Below are positions 20,380-31,798 of a stretch of DNA of 64,000 nucleotides, one piece after another; position 1 is the first letter of the stretch, and every line of letters begins with the position of its first letter. The DNA is from Pseudomonadota bacterium (GTDB taxonomy: Bacteria > Pseudomonadota > Gammaproteobacteria > Acidiferrobacterales > Acidiferrobacteraceae), in NCBI GenBank assembly GCA_021784845.1, contig JAJYHH010000076.1:13374-77373 (forward strand). The letters are read 5' to 3'. The notes beneath the pieces were generated by a model, which had not been told where the DNA came from, did no database searches, and was given only the letters and a program-made list of their open reading frames with translations. The translations under genes were made by a program, and so were the position numbers.

Positions 20380-21684
20380 TTATGCGTTGCGGATTTTCGT
20401 GCGCCATGTTCTCGCCTTGGCGAGAATCGACTGTTCATCCAGCGTCAGCATCTGGCGGTGGCGCATGAGCGGCCGCCCACCCACCCAGACGTCGGTCACC
20501 TGGTCGCGGCTGGCGGCGTAGACCAGCTGAGAGAGTGGATCATAGACCGGCTGGGTGGCCGCGGGCGACAGGTCGACGGCGATGATGTCAGCCGCCTTGC
20601 CGGCAACGAGCGAGCCGATCTGATCGGCCAGACCGAGGGCGCGCGCCCCGTTTAAAGTCGCCATCTCGAGCGCCGTGACCGCGGGCACGGCCGTGGCGTC
20701 GCCGCTTGTGCCCTTGGCCAGCAGAGCCGCCGTGCGCATCTCCCCGAACATGTCGAGATCGTTGTTGCTTGCGGCCCCATCGGTGCCGAGTGCGACATTG
20801 ACCCCGTGGCGAATGAGGGCCGCTGCCGGACAGATGCCGGCTGCGATCTTCAGGTTCGATTCCGGGCAGTGAGCGACACTGACGCCGCGTTCGGCGCACA
20901 GTGCCATTTCAGCGTCGGTCAGCGTCGTCATGTGCACGGCGACAAGACCGCTGTTGATAACGCCGAGCGCGTTCAGGCGCGCAAGCGGCCGCATGCCGTA
21001 AGTCTCGAGGCTCTGTTCGATTTCCCCCGCGGTCTCGTGGATGTGCATGTGCAGGCCCATGTCGAGCTCATCGGCGTGGACACGAATGGCCCGCAGGGTG
21101 TCGTCACCTACGGAGTAGGGTGCGTGGGGTGCAAACAGCGCCCGCACGCGGGGGTGATTCCGCCACGTGTCGCAGAACTCGAGCCCCCGGCGCAGGTAGG
21201 CTTGTGTGTCGGCCGCCCATGCGGTGGGGACATCGATGATGACCATGCCAAGCGTCGCCCGCAGACCCGCCTTGTCGACGACGGCGGCGGTCTCTCCTGG
21301 AAAAAAATACATGTCGTTAAAGCAGGTCGTGCCGCTGCGGATCATCTCCAGCACCGCAAGCGCCGTCCCGTCGGTTACGAACGTGCTGTCGACGAAGCGG
21401 CCTTCTGCCGGCCAGATGTGCTGCGACAGCCATTCAGCCAAAGGCAGGTCGTCGGCAAGTCCCCGAAACAGGGTCATCGCCGCGTGCGTGTGCGCATTGA
21501 CCAGTCCTGGCAGCAAGACGTGATGGGGCAGGTCGACCACGGTCTGCGCATGGATCTGCGTGGACGCCGGGACCAGCGCGACGATCTGGCCTTCGTCGAT
21601 GATGATCGCGTGGTCTTTCAGGATGGTGCGGCGGGGTTCTACGGGGATGATCCATCCGGCGCGTATGCACAGATCGGCGTTCAT
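20380..21684 (-). CDS. mtaD: 5-methylthioadenosine/S-adenosylhomocysteine deaminase (TRZ/ATZ amidohydrolase)
   Basis: 435 aa from the internal ATG at 21684 (MNADLCIRAGWIIPVEP). LPGLVNAHTHAAMTLFRG metal-binding motif. It is adjacent to ubiG, as in P. aeruginosa. Confidence 0.8.
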   Translation of the reverse strand: MNADLCIRAGWIIPVEPRRTILKDHAIIIDEGQIVALVPASTQIHAQTVVDLPHHVLLPGLVNAHTHAAMTLFRGLADDLPLAEWLSQHIWPAEGRFVDSTFVTDGTALAVLEMIRSGTTCFNDMYFFPGETAAVVDKAGLRATLGMVIIDVPTAWAADTQAYLRRGLEFCDTWRNHPRVRALFAPHAPYSVGDDTLRAIRVHADELDMGLHMHIHETAGEIEQSLETYGMRPLARLNALGVINSGLVAVHMTTLTDAEMALCAERGVSVAHCPESNLKIAAGICPAAALIRHGVNVALGTDGAASNNDLDMFGEMRTAALLAKGTSGDATAVPAVTALEMATLNGARALGLADQIGSLVAGKAADIIAVDLSPAATQPVYDPLSQLVYAASRDQVTDVWVGGRPLMRHRQMLTLDEQSILAKARTWRTKIRNA

Positions 21685-21875
21685 GGCTTTATGTCGGGCA
21701 TTCCGGCGAATCTCCGGAGAATTGAGCGGCATCCCGCCCCTCCTCGTGCAGGGGCGGGGCGGGCTTTCGGTAAAGGCAGGGAGAGACGTACCTGGCAGCC
21801 GATGACCGCGGGCGGCGGGGTCGGTATCCCTCTGCCATGGGTCGTCGCTGTGCGGCTGGTCGGGCACATGATGCG

Positions 21876-22625
21876 TCAGGCTCCGCCCAGTGCGTGCGTG
21901 CGCGCCGGATTGCCGAGACGGCCGGCCTCGACGACCCGTCCGCCGTCGAGGCGGACGAAGGAATCACAGAGTGACCGGACCTGCTCTTCGGAGTGCGATA
22001 CGAGCACGATGCCCATGCCGTTGCGCCGCATCTCGCCTATGCGTTTGCGGCATTTTTCCTGAAACGTCGCGTCGCCGACTGCGAGAATTTCATCAGCCAG
22101 CATGACGTCTGGTTCCAGGTGCACGGCAATGGAGAATCCAAGGCGCATGTACATGCCCGATGAATAGTTCTTCACCGGTATGTCGATGAAATGGGCCAGC
22201 TCCGAAAACTCGATGATCGCCCGTGCGCGTTGGCGTATATCGCGATTGCGCAAACCATACAGGCTGGCATTGAGGTAGATGTTTTCCTCGCCCGTGAGTT
22301 CGGGATGGAAGCCTACGCCGAGCTCGATCAGGGGGGCCACCCGTCCGCGTGTGATGACAGACCCGCTGGTGGGCTTCAGAATGCCCGCAATGATCTGCAA
22401 AAGCGTGCTCTTGCCCGAGCCGTTGCGGCCAAGCAGGCCGATGGCCTCGCCGGGGCCGATGGAGAAAGACACATCAGACAAGGCCTGGAAGCGTTCCCGG
22501 GTCGGCCGGTGACGCTTGTGGAACAGGCCGACGAAGCGCCCTTTCAGGCTGTCGACGCGGTTGTGGTGGAGCATGAACTCCTTGGAGATGCGGTCGACGA
22601 TGACCAGATCATCGGCCTTGGGCAT
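21876..22625 (-). CDS. ABC transporter ATP-binding protein, polysaccharide/O-antigen export type (Wzt/TagH/KpsT-like, no C-terminal carbohydrate-binding extension)
   Basis: 250 aa from the ATG at 22625. Walker A GRNGSGKST, signature YSSGMYMRLGF, Walker B VMLADEIL. Its start overlaps the permease stop (ATGA-type). Confidence 0.85.
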   Translation of the reverse strand: MPKADDLVIVDRISKEFMLHHNRVDSLKGRFVGLFHKRHRPTRERFQALSDVSFSIGPGEAIGLLGRNGSGKSTLLQIIAGILKPTSGSVITRGRVAPLIELGVGFHPELTGEENIYLNASLYGLRNRDIRQRARAIIEFSELAHFIDIPVKNYSSGMYMRLGFSIAVHLEPDVMLADEILAVGDATFQEKCRKRIGEMRRNGMGIVLVSHSEEQVRSLCDSFVRLDGGRVVEAGRLGNPARTHALGGA

Positions 22626-23440
22626 CAGAGGCGCTCCACGAGGTTGTCGGCGTGGTGATGGAAGATCCACAGGCCGACGCCGAGGCTGGCCGCCGTCCAG
22701 AGCAGTGCGGCGCCCATGATGTGCACGCTCGGCAGCTGTCCGCTGTAGATGATGCCGCGAAAGATCAGCGTGTACTCGACGAGCGGGCTCAGCGCGAACC
22801 ATTCACGGAGATGGGGTGGAATCCGGTGGAACTGGTACACAATGGGCGTCACCCAGAAGAGAAAGAGCAGTGTCACGTCCACCAGGTGCTTTAGGTCGCG
22901 AAAAAGTACATTCAGCACCGACAGGATCAGCGTGATGCCAAATGTGAAGGCCAGAAAGAGCAGCAGCGCCAGCGGATACGCGAGCAGGGTCAGATGGACC
23001 TTGCCGCCAAGGAACGGATAGAGCGCAAACAGCAGCAGGATGGCAAGCAGCCACAGCACAACATTGAACAGCACCGACGAGATGGGCACGAGCAGTCGCG
23101 GAAAATAGATCTTTTTGACAAGGCCGGCATTGGCGATCAGTGTGTCGCAGCTTTGCCCGGTGATCTGGCTAAACAGGTTCCAGTGCAGCAGTCCGGCCAT
23201 CAGGTAGAGCGGGTAGTGGGGCAGGTTCGACCGGAAAACATCAGAAAACACAAAGATATAGAGTCCGATCATGACCGCCGGATTGATAAGCGACCACAGA
23301 AAACCCAAGGCCGCGCCCTGATAGCGGACCCGTATGTCCTTGCGGACGAAATTCGCCAGCATGTCGGTGTAGGCGGCAAGCCCTGCGAGGCCGCGGGCTT
23401 TATGGGATGGCGCCAGAGGCGGGTGTGCGGTCGTGGTCAT
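22625..23440 (-). CDS. ABC-2 type transporter permease (Wzm/TagG/KpsM-like)
   Basis: 271 aa with six hydrophobic spans. RVRYQGAALGFLWSLINP is the ABC-2 N-terminal motif. Confidence 0.85.
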   Translation of the reverse strand: MTTTAHPPLAPSHKARGLAGLAAYTDMLANFVRKDIRVRYQGAALGFLWSLINPAVMIGLYIFVFSDVFRSNLPHYPLYLMAGLLHWNLFSQITGQSCDTLIANAGLVKKIYFPRLLVPISSVLFNVVLWLLAILLLFALYPFLGGKVHLTLLAYPLALLLFLAFTFGITLILSVLNVLFRDLKHLVDVTLLFLFWVTPIVYQFHRIPPHLREWFALSPLVEYTLIFRGIIYSGQLPSVHIMGAALLWTAASLGVGLWIFHHHADNLVERL

Positions 23441-23514
23441 GGGTCCAATGCAAAATGACGACGGCCGCCATGATACATTAACAGACTGGGTAATGCTTCA
23501 GTCCGGGGGGGAAT

Positions 23515-24576
23515 GTGGGCGGTGAGGTTCAGTACGACAGGGTGCGGGCCATTGAGCTGCGTGACGGGGCGGTCTATCTGCTCGATCAGCGGGTGCTCCC
23601 GTCGGAAGTGCGCTACGAAGTATGCCAAGACGCCACGCAGGTGGCATCCGCGATCACGGATATGGTTGTGCGCGGGGCGCCGGCAATTGGCGTCACCGCG
23701 GCATACGGGGTCGTTCTGGCCGCTGCCAGCGCCTTTGGCGCGGCCGGCCCCCAGTGGCGTCCGGCCATGGCCGCCGATATGGAGCGGCTGCGTCGCAGCC
23801 GCCCTACGGCCGTGAACTTGCACTGGGCGCTGGCGCGCATGGAAGAGGTCATGGAGCGTCTGGGTCCTGATGACCCCACCGCGGCCATGACGGCAGCGGC
23901 AACCCGATTGCATGCCGATGACATCGAGGCAAACCGGCGCATGGGGGCACTGGGTGCGGCCTTGTTACCGGCCCAGGCGCGCCTGCTGACGCACTGCAAC
24001 ACCGGCGCGCTTGCGACAGGGGGCTACGGCACTGCGCTTGGCGTGGTGCGCGCCGCCGCAGCCCGCAACGGGGTTGCGGCGGTCTATGCAGACGAGACGC
24101 GTCCCTGGCTGCAGGGTGCGCGGCTGACGGCCTGGGAGCTAGTGACGGAGGGCCTGCCGGCGACGATTCTGGCCGATGGCGCCGCCGGAGCACTGCTAAA
24201 GCGCGGCGATATTGATGCGGTGCTGGTCGGTGCCGATCGCATCGCTGCCAATGGCGACACGGCCAACAAGATCGGCACCTACGGGCTGGCCGTGCTGGCG
24301 CGCCATCACGGTGTGCCGTTCTATGTGGTGGCGCCGACAAGCACGATAGACCGTGCCTGCAAAGACGGCAGTGGCATCCCCATCGAGGAGCGGGATCCCC
24401 TGGAAGTGCTGGCTTTTCGTGGTGTGCGGCACAGTCCGGAGCAGGCGCAGGCCTGGAACCCCGTCTTTGATGTCACGCCGGCGGCGCTTGTCGATGCGCT
24501 TATCACGGAAGCGGGTGTGGTCGAGCATCCGGACGCCCGCGGCATTGCCGCCTTGTTCGAGCGGGTGGGCCGGTGA
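23515..24576 (+). CDS. mtnA: S-methyl-5-thioribose-1-phosphate isomerase
   Basis: 353 aa. [26 protein letters not shown] and [18 protein letters not shown] motifs. GTG start; an in-frame alternative lies a few codons downstream. Confidence 0.9.
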   Translation: MGGEVQYDRVRAIELRDGAVYLLDQRVLPSEVRYEVCQDATQVASAITDMVVRGAPAIGVTAAYGVVLAAASAFGAAGPQWRPAMAADMERLRRSRPTAVNLHWALARMEEVMERLGPDDPTAAMTAAATRLHADDIEANRRMGALGAALLPAQARLLTHCNTGALATGGYGTALGVVRAAAARNGVAAVYADETRPWLQGARLTAWELVTEGLPATILADGAAGALLKRGDIDAVLVGADRIAANGDTANKIGTYGLAVLARHHGVPFYVVAPTSTIDRACKDGSGIPIEERDPLEVLAFRGVRHSPEQAQAWNPVFDVTPAALVDALITEAGVVEHPDARGIAALFERVGR

Positions 24577-24742
24577 TGATCGGGGGGCCGGCGCGCCTGT
24601 GTCGATGCGTGTCGGCGCCCGGCCTGACGGCGCCCGCCGGTTGCCGGGACACTCTGACGGTACGGCATGGTTTGTGGTACAGTGGGAGCTGATTCTCTCC
24701 GCATCCCAATGAGGTCCAAGGTCCGGTAGCGGCCAAACGTTC

Positions 24743-27343
24743 ATGGATCAATTCGCCAAAGAAACAGTCCCAGTCAATCTGGAAGAGGAGATGCGCCAGT
24801 CGTATCTCGATTACGCGATGAGCGTGATCGTCGGGCGGGCGCTGCCGGATGTGCGCGACGGTCTGAAGCCCGTTCATCGCCGCGTTCTGTACGCGATGCG
24901 GGAACTGGGTAACGACTGGAACAAGGCCTACAAGAAGTCGGCGCGCGTTGTCGGTGATGTGATCGGTAAATACCACCCCCATGGCGACACGGCCGTGTAC
25001 GACACCATCGTGCGCATGGCGCAAACGTTTTCCATGCGCTATCCCCTGGTCGACGGTCAGGGCAACTTCGGATCGGTCGATGGCGATGCGCCGGCGGCCA
25101 TGCGCTACACCGAGATCCGCATGGCCCGGATCGCGCACGAACTGCTTGCTGACCTGGACAAGGAGACTGTCGACTTTGCGCCGAACTACGACGGTTCGGA
25201 GCGCGAGCCCGTCGTATTGCCGGCGGGTATCCCGAATCTGCTCGTCAATGGTTCATCGGGCATCGCCGTGGGCATGGCGACCAATATCCCTCCGCATAAC
25301 CTGATGGAGGTCATCGACGCCCTTCTTGCGCTCATTGACAATGACGGGCTGTCCATTGATGCCTTGATGGCGCTGATTCCGGGCCCCGACTTTCCGACGG
25401 CGGCCATCATCAACGGCAGCGCGGGCATCCGCGAGGCCTATCTCACCGGGCGCGGCAAGATCTACGTGCGCGCACGCGTGGAGATCGAGGAAGAGCACGC
25501 CGGACGCCGTCAGGCGCTGGTGGTGACCGAGCTGCCCTATCAGGTGAACAAGGCGCGCCTCCTGGAGAAGATCGCCGAGCTCGTCAAGGAAGGGCGCCTG
25601 GACGGCATCGCCGAACTGCGCGACGAGTCCGACAAGTCCGGCATGCGCATGGTGATTGAGCTAAAGCGCGGCGAAAACGCCGAGGTCGTGCTGAATAATC
25701 TCTACCAGATGACCGCGCTGCAGAGCGTCTTTGGCATCAACATGGTGGCGCTCGAAAACGGACAGCCGAAACTGCTGAATCTGCGGCAGATTCTGAAGGC
25801 GTTCCTTGGCCACCGGCGCGAGGTGGTGATCAGGCGCACGCTCCATGATTTGCGTAAGTCGCGCGAACGCGCCCATGTACTCGAAGGGCTTGCGGTCGCG
25901 CTCGAAAACATCGATGAAATCATTGCCCTGATCAAGGCGGCTGGTGACCCTGCGGGTGCCCGCGAGGCGCTCCTTGCGCGCTCGTGGCAGGCGTCGCTGG
26001 TGGCCGGTCTGCTGCGCGAGGCCGGCGCGGCGTCGCGCCTCGAGGGACTGCCGCCTGGTGTCGGCCTGATCGATGGTGGCTATCGTCTCACCGAGGTGCA
26101 GGCGCAGGCCATACTGGATCTGCGGCTGCACCGGTTGACGGGCCTTGAGCAGGACAAGATCCGCGAGGAGTATCGCGGCGTTCTGGCGCGCATCGAGGAA
26201 CTGGCGGAAATCCTCGGCAGCGATACGCGGCTCATGGAGGTTATCCGCACGGAACTGACCGCCCTGAAGATCCAGTATGGGGATGCGCGGCGCACGGAAA
26301 TTCTGGCCGGCCATGTCGATCTGAGCCGCGAGGATCTGATCGCCCAGGAGGTCGTGGTGGTGACGCTGTCCCACGCCGGTTACGTGAAGGCGCAGCCCCT
26401 GGCCGACTATCGGGCCCAACGGCGCGGCGGCAAGGGGCGGTCATGCGCGCGCATGCGCGAAGAGGATTTCGTAGACCGGCTGGTGGTTGCCAACACGCAC
26501 GATACCATTTTGTGCTTTTCCAACCGGGGCAAGGCTTATTGGCTCAAGGTCTATGAACTGCCCCTGGCCGGACATGGTGCGCAGGGGCGGCCGATCGTCA
26601 ATCTGCTGCCGCTTGCCGAGGGCGAGAAACTGACGGCGATCCTGCCGCTGGCGAGCTTTGAAGAAGGCAAGGCGGTGTTCATGGCGACCTCCGACGGCAC
26701 CGTGAAAAAGACCGCGCTGGCGGATTTCTCGCGGCCGCGGGCGAGCGGTATCGCGGCCATGGATCTCGCCGAGGGCAATGTCCTGATCGGTGCCGGACTG
26801 GTGGGCGGCGATTGCGACGTGCTGCTCTTTAGTGATGCCGGCAAGGTCATTCGCTTCCATGAGAAGGATGTGCGCACCATGGGACGGGCGGCGCGTGGTG
26901 TGCGCGGCATGAGCCTGCGGGAGGGCCAGAAGATCGTGTCGCTGATGACAGTCGATCCGGGCAGTCAGCAGGCGGCGGTGCTCACGGCGGCAGAAAACGG
27001 CTATGGGAAGCGTACGCCACTTGGTGATTTTCCGTCTCACAACAGGGGCGGCCAGGGCGTGATCTCCATGCAGGTGACGGAACGCAATGGCCGCGTGGTC
27101 GCGGCGGTCCTGACCGGCGAGGAGGATGAAGTGATGATGATCACGGCATCCGGCAGCCTCATCCGCGTGCGGGCGCGCGAGATCTCGATGACGAGCCGCA
27201 ACACCCAGGGGGTGCGGCTCATTGTCCTAGACGAGGACGAGCGGCTAGTCGGCCTCGAAAAGATCGAAGAATCGTCGGAGCCCGATGGTGAGGGCGCCGA
27301 TGCAGACAAGGGGGGCGGGACCGGCGATGACGACAGTGTTTAA
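24743..27343 (+). CDS. gyrA: DNA gyrase subunit A
   Basis: 866 aa. The [24 protein letters not shown] and AAMRYTE active-site Tyr region, plus an acidic C-terminal tail. Confidence 0.97.
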   Translation: MDQFAKETVPVNLEEEMRQSYLDYAMSVIVGRALPDVRDGLKPVHRRVLYAMRELGNDWNKAYKKSARVVGDVIGKYHPHGDTAVYDTIVRMAQTFSMRYPLVDGQGNFGSVDGDAPAAMRYTEIRMARIAHELLADLDKETVDFAPNYDGSEREPVVLPAGIPNLLVNGSSGIAVGMATNIPPHNLMEVIDALLALIDNDGLSIDALMALIPGPDFPTAAIINGSAGIREAYLTGRGKIYVRARVEIEEEHAGRRQALVVTELPYQVNKARLLEKIAELVKEGRLDGIAELRDESDKSGMRMVIELKRGENAEVVLNNLYQMTALQSVFGINMVALENGQPKLLNLRQILKAFLGHRREVVIRRTLHDLRKSRERAHVLEGLAVALENIDEIIALIKAAGDPAGAREALLARSWQASLVAGLLREAGAASRLEGLPPGVGLIDGGYRLTEVQAQAILDLRLHRLTGLEQDKIREEYRGVLARIEELAEILGSDTRLMEVIRTELTALKIQYGDARRTEILAGHVDLSREDLIAQEVVVVTLSHAGYVKAQPLADYRAQRRGGKGRSCARMREEDFVDRLVVANTHDTILCFSNRGKAYWLKVYELPLAGHGAQGRPIVNLLPLAEGEKLTAILPLASFEEGKAVFMATSDGTVKKTALADFSRPRASGIAAMDLAEGNVLIGAGLVGGDCDVLLFSDAGKVIRFHEKDVRTMGRAARGVRGMSLREGQKIVSLMTVDPGSQQAAVLTAAENGYGKRTPLGDFPSHNRGGQGVISMQVTERNGRVVAAVLTGEEDEVMMITASGSLIRVRAREISMTSRNTQGVRLIVLDEDERLVGLEKIEESSEPDGEGADADKGGGTGDDDSV

Positions 27344-28412
27344 TTTCGGCGCGGGGCCTGCGGTCATGCCCCGCGAGGTACTCGAGCAGGCCAGGCAGGA
27401 GCTGGTGGACTGGCGCGGTTGCGGCATGTCGGTGATGGAGATGAGTCACCGTGGTACCGAATTCATGGACATCGCGGCGCGCGCCGAATCAGGGTTGCGC
27501 GAGCTGATGGGCATTCCCGCCCAGTACAAAGTCTTGTTTCTCCAGGGTGGCGCCTCGCTGCAGTTTGCCATGGTGCCGATCAATCTCATCGGCAGGGCAG
27601 GCAGCGCCGACTACATCAACACCGGTGAATGGTCCAAAAAGGCCATTGCCGAGGCACGCCGGTTTGGTGCGGTCAACGTCGCGGCGAGCAGTGAGGCGTC
27701 GGGCTTTACGACCATTCCCCCGCGCAGCACCTGGCAGCTGAATCCGCGCGCGGCCTATGTGCACTATACGCCCAATGAGACCATCGGCGGGGTGGAATTC
27801 CAGGATGTGCCGGATGTCGGTGGTGTGCCACTGGTGGCGGACATGTCATCGACTGTTCTGTCGAGACCCGTGGATGTGTCGCGGTTTGGCCTCATCTACG
27901 CCGGGGCCCAGAAGAACATCGGCCCATCGGGGCTGACCGTCGTGATCGTGCGGGAAGATCTGCTGGGTCATGTGCGCGAAGGCATGCCGGTCATGCTCGA
28001 TTACAAGCTGCACGCCGATCACGATTCCATGTACAACACGCCGCCCACCTTTCCCATCTACATGGCGGGCCTGGTGTTCGACTGGCTGAAGCGGCAGGGT
28101 GGTCTGCGGGCGATGGCGCAACGCAATGAGCGCAAGGCCGGTCTGGTGTACCAGGCCATCGAGGAATCAGGGGGCTTTTACCGGTGCCCCGTCGATCCGG
28201 CCGTGCGTTCCTGGATGAACGTCCCCTTCCTGCTTCACGACACCGCCCTCGACAAGTCGTTCCTGAAGGCGTCGGCGGACGCAGGACTTTTGCAGTTGAA
28301 GGGTCACCGGTCGGTTGGCGGCATGCGCGCCAGTCTCTACAACGCCATGCCCGAGGCCGGCGCGGCCGCCCTGGCTGAATTTCTGCGGGATTTTGCGCGG
28401 ACGCACGGTTGA
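27327..28412 (+). CDS. serC: 3-phosphoserine/phosphohydroxythreonine aminotransferase
   Basis: [22 protein letters not shown]...[16 protein letters not shown] contains the PLP lysine. It overlaps the gyrA end by 17 nt. Confidence 0.93.
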   Translation: MTTVFNFGAGPAVMPREVLEQARQELVDWRGCGMSVMEMSHRGTEFMDIAARAESGLRELMGIPAQYKVLFLQGGASLQFAMVPINLIGRAGSADYINTGEWSKKAIAEARRFGAVNVAASSEASGFTTIPPRSTWQLNPRAAYVHYTPNETIGGVEFQDVPDVGGVPLVADMSSTVLSRPVDVSRFGLIYAGAQKNIGPSGLTVVIVREDLLGHVREGMPVMLDYKLHADHDSMYNTPPTFPIYMAGLVFDWLKRQGGLRAMAQRNERKAGLVYQAIEESGGFYRCPVDPAVRSWMNVPFLLHDTALDKSFLKASADAGLLQLKGHRSVGGMRASLYNAMPEAGAAALAEFLRDFARTHG

Positions 28413-29581
28413 TGTTCCGCATCAAGACCATCAATGCGATCTCTCCGCAGGGGCTGGCGCTGTTCGATGCGGAGCGCTTCCTGGTCGGCCCGGATCTGGC
28501 TGATGCAGATGCCCTGATCGTGCGGTCGGCCCGCATGCATGACATGGAGCTGCCGGCGAGCCTGAAGGCGGTGGGACGCGCTGGCGCTGGTGTCAACAAT
28601 ATTCCAATCGACCGGCTGAGCCAGCGCGGCATTCCTGTCTTCAATGCTCCCGGCGCGAATGCCAACGCAGTCAAGGAACTGGTGGTGGCGGGTCTTCTCA
28701 TCGCGGCGCGCAATCTCGGTGACGCGTGGCTGTTTGCGCGGGGACTCAAGGGGTCGGATGCCGAGATTCGTGAGGCCGTGGAAAAAGGCAAGAAGGCCTT
28801 CGCCGGCGTGGAACTGCCGGGTCGCACCCTGGGTGTGATCGGGCTGGGTGCCGTCGGCCGCATGGTGGCCAATGCCGGTGTGGCGCTTGGCATGCGCGTA
28901 ATTGGATTTGATCCGGAACTCACCGTCGAGGGCGCGTGGCAGCTGTCGGCGGCCGTCGGCAAGGCGGCAAGCGTCGATGAGCTCATGCGGGCGTCGGATT
29001 TTCTGAGCCTGCACGTGCCTCTCACGGAGTCGACGCGCCGCCTTGTGGACGCCGGTCGTCTGGGTCTTATGCGACCGACGGCGAGTCTGTTGAATTTCGC
29101 GCGCGAGGAAATCGTCGAGGCCGAGGCCGTCGTGGCAGCGCTTGATGCTGGCCGCCTGCATGCCTATGTCTGCGATTTTCCCTCGGGGATCCTGAAGGAT
29201 CATCCGCATGTCGTGGCGTTGCCTCACCTGGGCGCGTCGACCGGGGAGGCGGAGGACAATTCGGCGTCGATGGTGGTTGAGCAGATCAAGGACTTTCTTC
29301 TGAACGGCAATATTCGTCATGCCGTCAATTTCCCGGATGTGGTGATGGCACAGGAAGGACCATGCCGCCTTGCCATCGCCAACGCCAATGTGCCGAACAT
29401 GGTCGGACAGATCTCGACGGCCATGGCGGCCGCCGGCTTGAATATCCGCGATCTCGTCAACAAGGCGCGCGGAGAGTACGCCTATACGCTGGTGGATCTG
29501 GACAGTCCCGTGCCTGACGCCGTGCTGGCGGGCATTGCCGCGATTCCGGGCGTCCTTTCGGCAAGGCGCATAGAGGGCTGA
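28412..29581 (+). CDS. serA: D-3-phosphoglycerate dehydrogenase-like 2-hydroxyacid dehydrogenase with C-terminal ACT domain
   Basis: About 389 aa with NAD motif GVIGLGAVGRMVA and an ACT-like tail. The ATG overlaps the serC stop (TGATG). Confidence 0.7.
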   Translation: MFRIKTINAISPQGLALFDAERFLVGPDLADADALIVRSARMHDMELPASLKAVGRAGAGVNNIPIDRLSQRGIPVFNAPGANANAVKELVVAGLLIAARNLGDAWLFARGLKGSDAEIREAVEKGKKAFAGVELPGRTLGVIGLGAVGRMVANAGVALGMRVIGFDPELTVEGAWQLSAAVGKAASVDELMRASDFLSLHVPLTESTRRLVDAGRLGLMRPTASLLNFAREEIVEAEAVVAALDAGRLHAYVCDFPSGILKDHPHVVALPHLGASTGEAEDNSASMVVEQIKDFLLNGNIRHAVNFPDVVMAQEGPCRLAIANANVPNMVGQISTAMAAAGLNIRDLVNKARGEYAYTLVDLDSPVPDAVLAGIAAIPGVLSARRIEG

Positions 29582-29585
29582 GGAC

Positions 29586-30683
29586 ATGTCGTCATTCACG
29601 ACGGAGGCGGAGCGCCGCCTGCGGGAATATCGGGAAAAAATCGACGCCATCGATGAGCAGGTTCAGGTCCTTCTGGCCGAGCGGGCCGCGCAGGCGCAGA
29701 TGATCGCGCGCATCAAGCATGAGCATGCGCCCGGGGAGTCGTTTTACCGGCCCGAGCGCGAGGCACAAGTGCTCGAGCGTGTTGCGGCCCGGCACGCCGG
29801 GCCACTTGAGCGCGACGACGTGCTGCGCATTTTCCGTGAGATCATGGCCGCCTGTCTGGCGCTTGAACAGCCTTTGGCGGTGGCCTATTTCGGACCGGAA
29901 GGCAGCTTCACGGAGGCTGCCTTGCGCAAGCATTTCGGCGGTGCCGTGGAGGCGGTCCCGCTGGCCTCGATCGGCGATGTCTTCCGGGAGGTGGCCGCCG
30001 AGACAGTCGCCTTCGGTGTCGTGCCCGTCGAAAATTCCGCGGAGGGGGTTGTCACCCACACGCACGATCTCTTTTTACATTCGTCCGTACGGATCGTGGG
30101 CGAAGCGGTGCTGCGCATTCACCATCAATTGATGGCCAAGGGTGAAGATCCGTCCGTCATCCGCCGCGTGGCGGCACATCCGCAGGCCCTGGCGCAATGC
30201 CGGGAATGGCTGGATGTGCACTGGCCTGCGCTCGAACGCCTGCCGGTGGCGAACAATGCGGAGGCGGCGCGGCTGGCCGCCTCCGACGCGTCGCTGGCTG
30301 CGATTGCCTCGCTCGAGGCGGCGGCGCGCTGGGGGCTGACGGTGATCGCCCGCAACATCGAGGATGCACCGGACAATTCCACCCGTTTCCTGATCATCGG
30401 CCGCCAGGCCGTGGGGCCGAGCGGGAAAGACAAGACCAGCCTCATTCTGTCTGCCCCGAACGTGCCCGGTGCGCTGCATGCGCTTCTGGAGCCTTTGGCG
30501 CGACGCGGCATCAGCCTTGCACGCATCCAGTCGCGGCCGGCGAAGGGGGCGCTCTGGGAATACGTGTTTTTTGTCGATATCCTCGGTCACGAGGACAACC
30601 CCGCGATTCGTGACACGCTGGCGGAATTCGAGCGGGATGGACGTTTGCTGAGGCGGCTCGGATCCTACCCGCGGGCCATGTAG
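29586..30683 (+). CDS. pheA: Bifunctional chorismate mutase / prephenate dehydratase (P-protein)
   Basis: 365 aa with an N-terminal CM helix (LREYREKIDAIDEQVQVLLAERA), a PDT core, and an ACT domain containing ESRP-like IQSRP. Confidence 0.92.
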   Translation: MSSFTTEAERRLREYREKIDAIDEQVQVLLAERAAQAQMIARIKHEHAPGESFYRPEREAQVLERVAARHAGPLERDDVLRIFREIMAACLALEQPLAVAYFGPEGSFTEAALRKHFGGAVEAVPLASIGDVFREVAAETVAFGVVPVENSAEGVVTHTHDLFLHSSVRIVGEAVLRIHHQLMAKGEDPSVIRRVAAHPQALAQCREWLDVHWPALERLPVANNAEAARLAASDASLAAIASLEAAARWGLTVIARNIEDAPDNSTRFLIIGRQAVGPSGKDKTSLILSAPNVPGALHALLEPLARRGISLARIQSRPAKGALWEYVFFVDILGHEDNPAIRDTLAEFERDGRLLRRLGSYPRAM

Positions 30684-30691
30684 AGACCTTT

Positions 30692-31798
30692 ATGACGTGT
30701 GATCCGATTTTGCTGGCAACGCCTGGCGTGCGCACTCTGGTGCCGTACCAGCCGGGCAAGCCGCTGGAAGAACTTGAGCGTGAGCTCGGCATCAAGGATG
30801 CCGTGAAGCTTGCGTCGAACGAGAATCCTTACGGCCCAAGCCCCGTGGTGCTGGCGGCCGTCACCGGCGCGCTCGGCACCACGGCGCGCTATCCGGATGG
30901 CGGCGGTTTTGCGCTCAAGCGGGCGCTGGCGCGTCACCTGGACATCGAGCCTGCGCGGATCACGCTTGGCAACGGCTCAAACGATGTGCTGGAGCTGGTT
31001 GCGCGGACCTTCCTTGCGCCCGGCGAACTGGCGGTCTGCGACCAGTACGCATTTGCCGTCTACCCGATCGTCGTGCGCGCAGTCGGAGCGCAGATGATGA
31101 CGGTCTCCTCGCGGGACTTTGCCCACGATCTGGAGGCGATGGCGGCCGCGCTGTCGCCTGCGGTGCGTGTCGTGTTTCTGGCCAATCCCAACAACCCGAC
31201 GGGCACGTCGTTCGGACGGGCCACGCTGACCCGGTTTCTGGCTGCCTGTCCGGCAACGACTTTGGTCGTGCTCGATGAGGCATACTGCGAGTATGTGGAT
31301 GATCCGGACTCTCCAGACAGCCGTGCTCTGCTCGATCATCACGACAACCTGATCGTGGTGCGCACCTTTTCGAAGGCGTACGGACTGGCCGGTCTGCGTG
31401 TGGGTTACGGGTTGTCGAGTGCACCGCTTGCCGACCTCATGAATCGGGTCCGTCAGCCGTTCAACGTCAGCACGGTGGCACAGGCGGCCGCGGCGGCGGC
31501 GCTTGCCGATCAGGATTACATGCGCATGGTGGTCGCGCGCACCCTTGAGGCACGCGAGGCCATGCGGGGCCAGCTGGTGGCCCAAGGATTTTCCGTGTTG
31601 CCGTCTGCCGGCAATTTTCTGTGTGTGGAGGTCGGAAACGGCAGCGCATGCTATCAGGCGCTGTTGCGCCGCGGCGTGATTGTCCGCCCGCTCGGTCCTT
31701 ACGGGATGTCGCGCCACATCCGTGTCACCATCGGCACGCCGGAAGAAAACGACCGTTTTCTGCAGGCCCTGTGCGCAGTGGCCCCCGCCCTCGCATGA
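30692..31798 (+). CDS. hisC: Histidinol-phosphate / aromatic aminotransferase
   Basis: 368 aa. LASNENPYGPSP, NPNNPTG and RTFSKAYGLAGLRVGY (PLP lysine). Confidence 0.9.
   Translation: MTCDPILLATPGVRTLVPYQPGKPLEELERELGIKDAVKLASNENPYGPSPVVLAAVTGALGTTARYPDGGGFALKRALARHLDIEPARITLGNGSNDVLELVARTFLAPGELAVCDQYAFAVYPIVVRAVGAQMMTVSSRDFAHDLEAMAAALSPAVRVVFLANPNNPTGTSFGRATLTRFLAACPATTLVVLDEAYCEYVDDPDSPDSRALLDHHDNLIVVRTFSKAYGLAGLRVGYGLSSAPLADLMNRVRQPFNVSTVAQAAAAAALADQDYMRMVVARTLEAREAMRGQLVAQGFSVLPSAGNFLCVEVGNGSACYQALLRRGVIVRPLGPYGMSRHIRVTIGTPEENDRFLQALCAVAPALA

Noticed and set aside
28409-28425. TTGAT-N7-ATCAA at the serC/serA junction, which resembles an FNR half-site pair
   Set aside because: The spacer is 7 nt rather than 4. 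It lies within coding sequence at a translationally coupled junction, with no promoter context.
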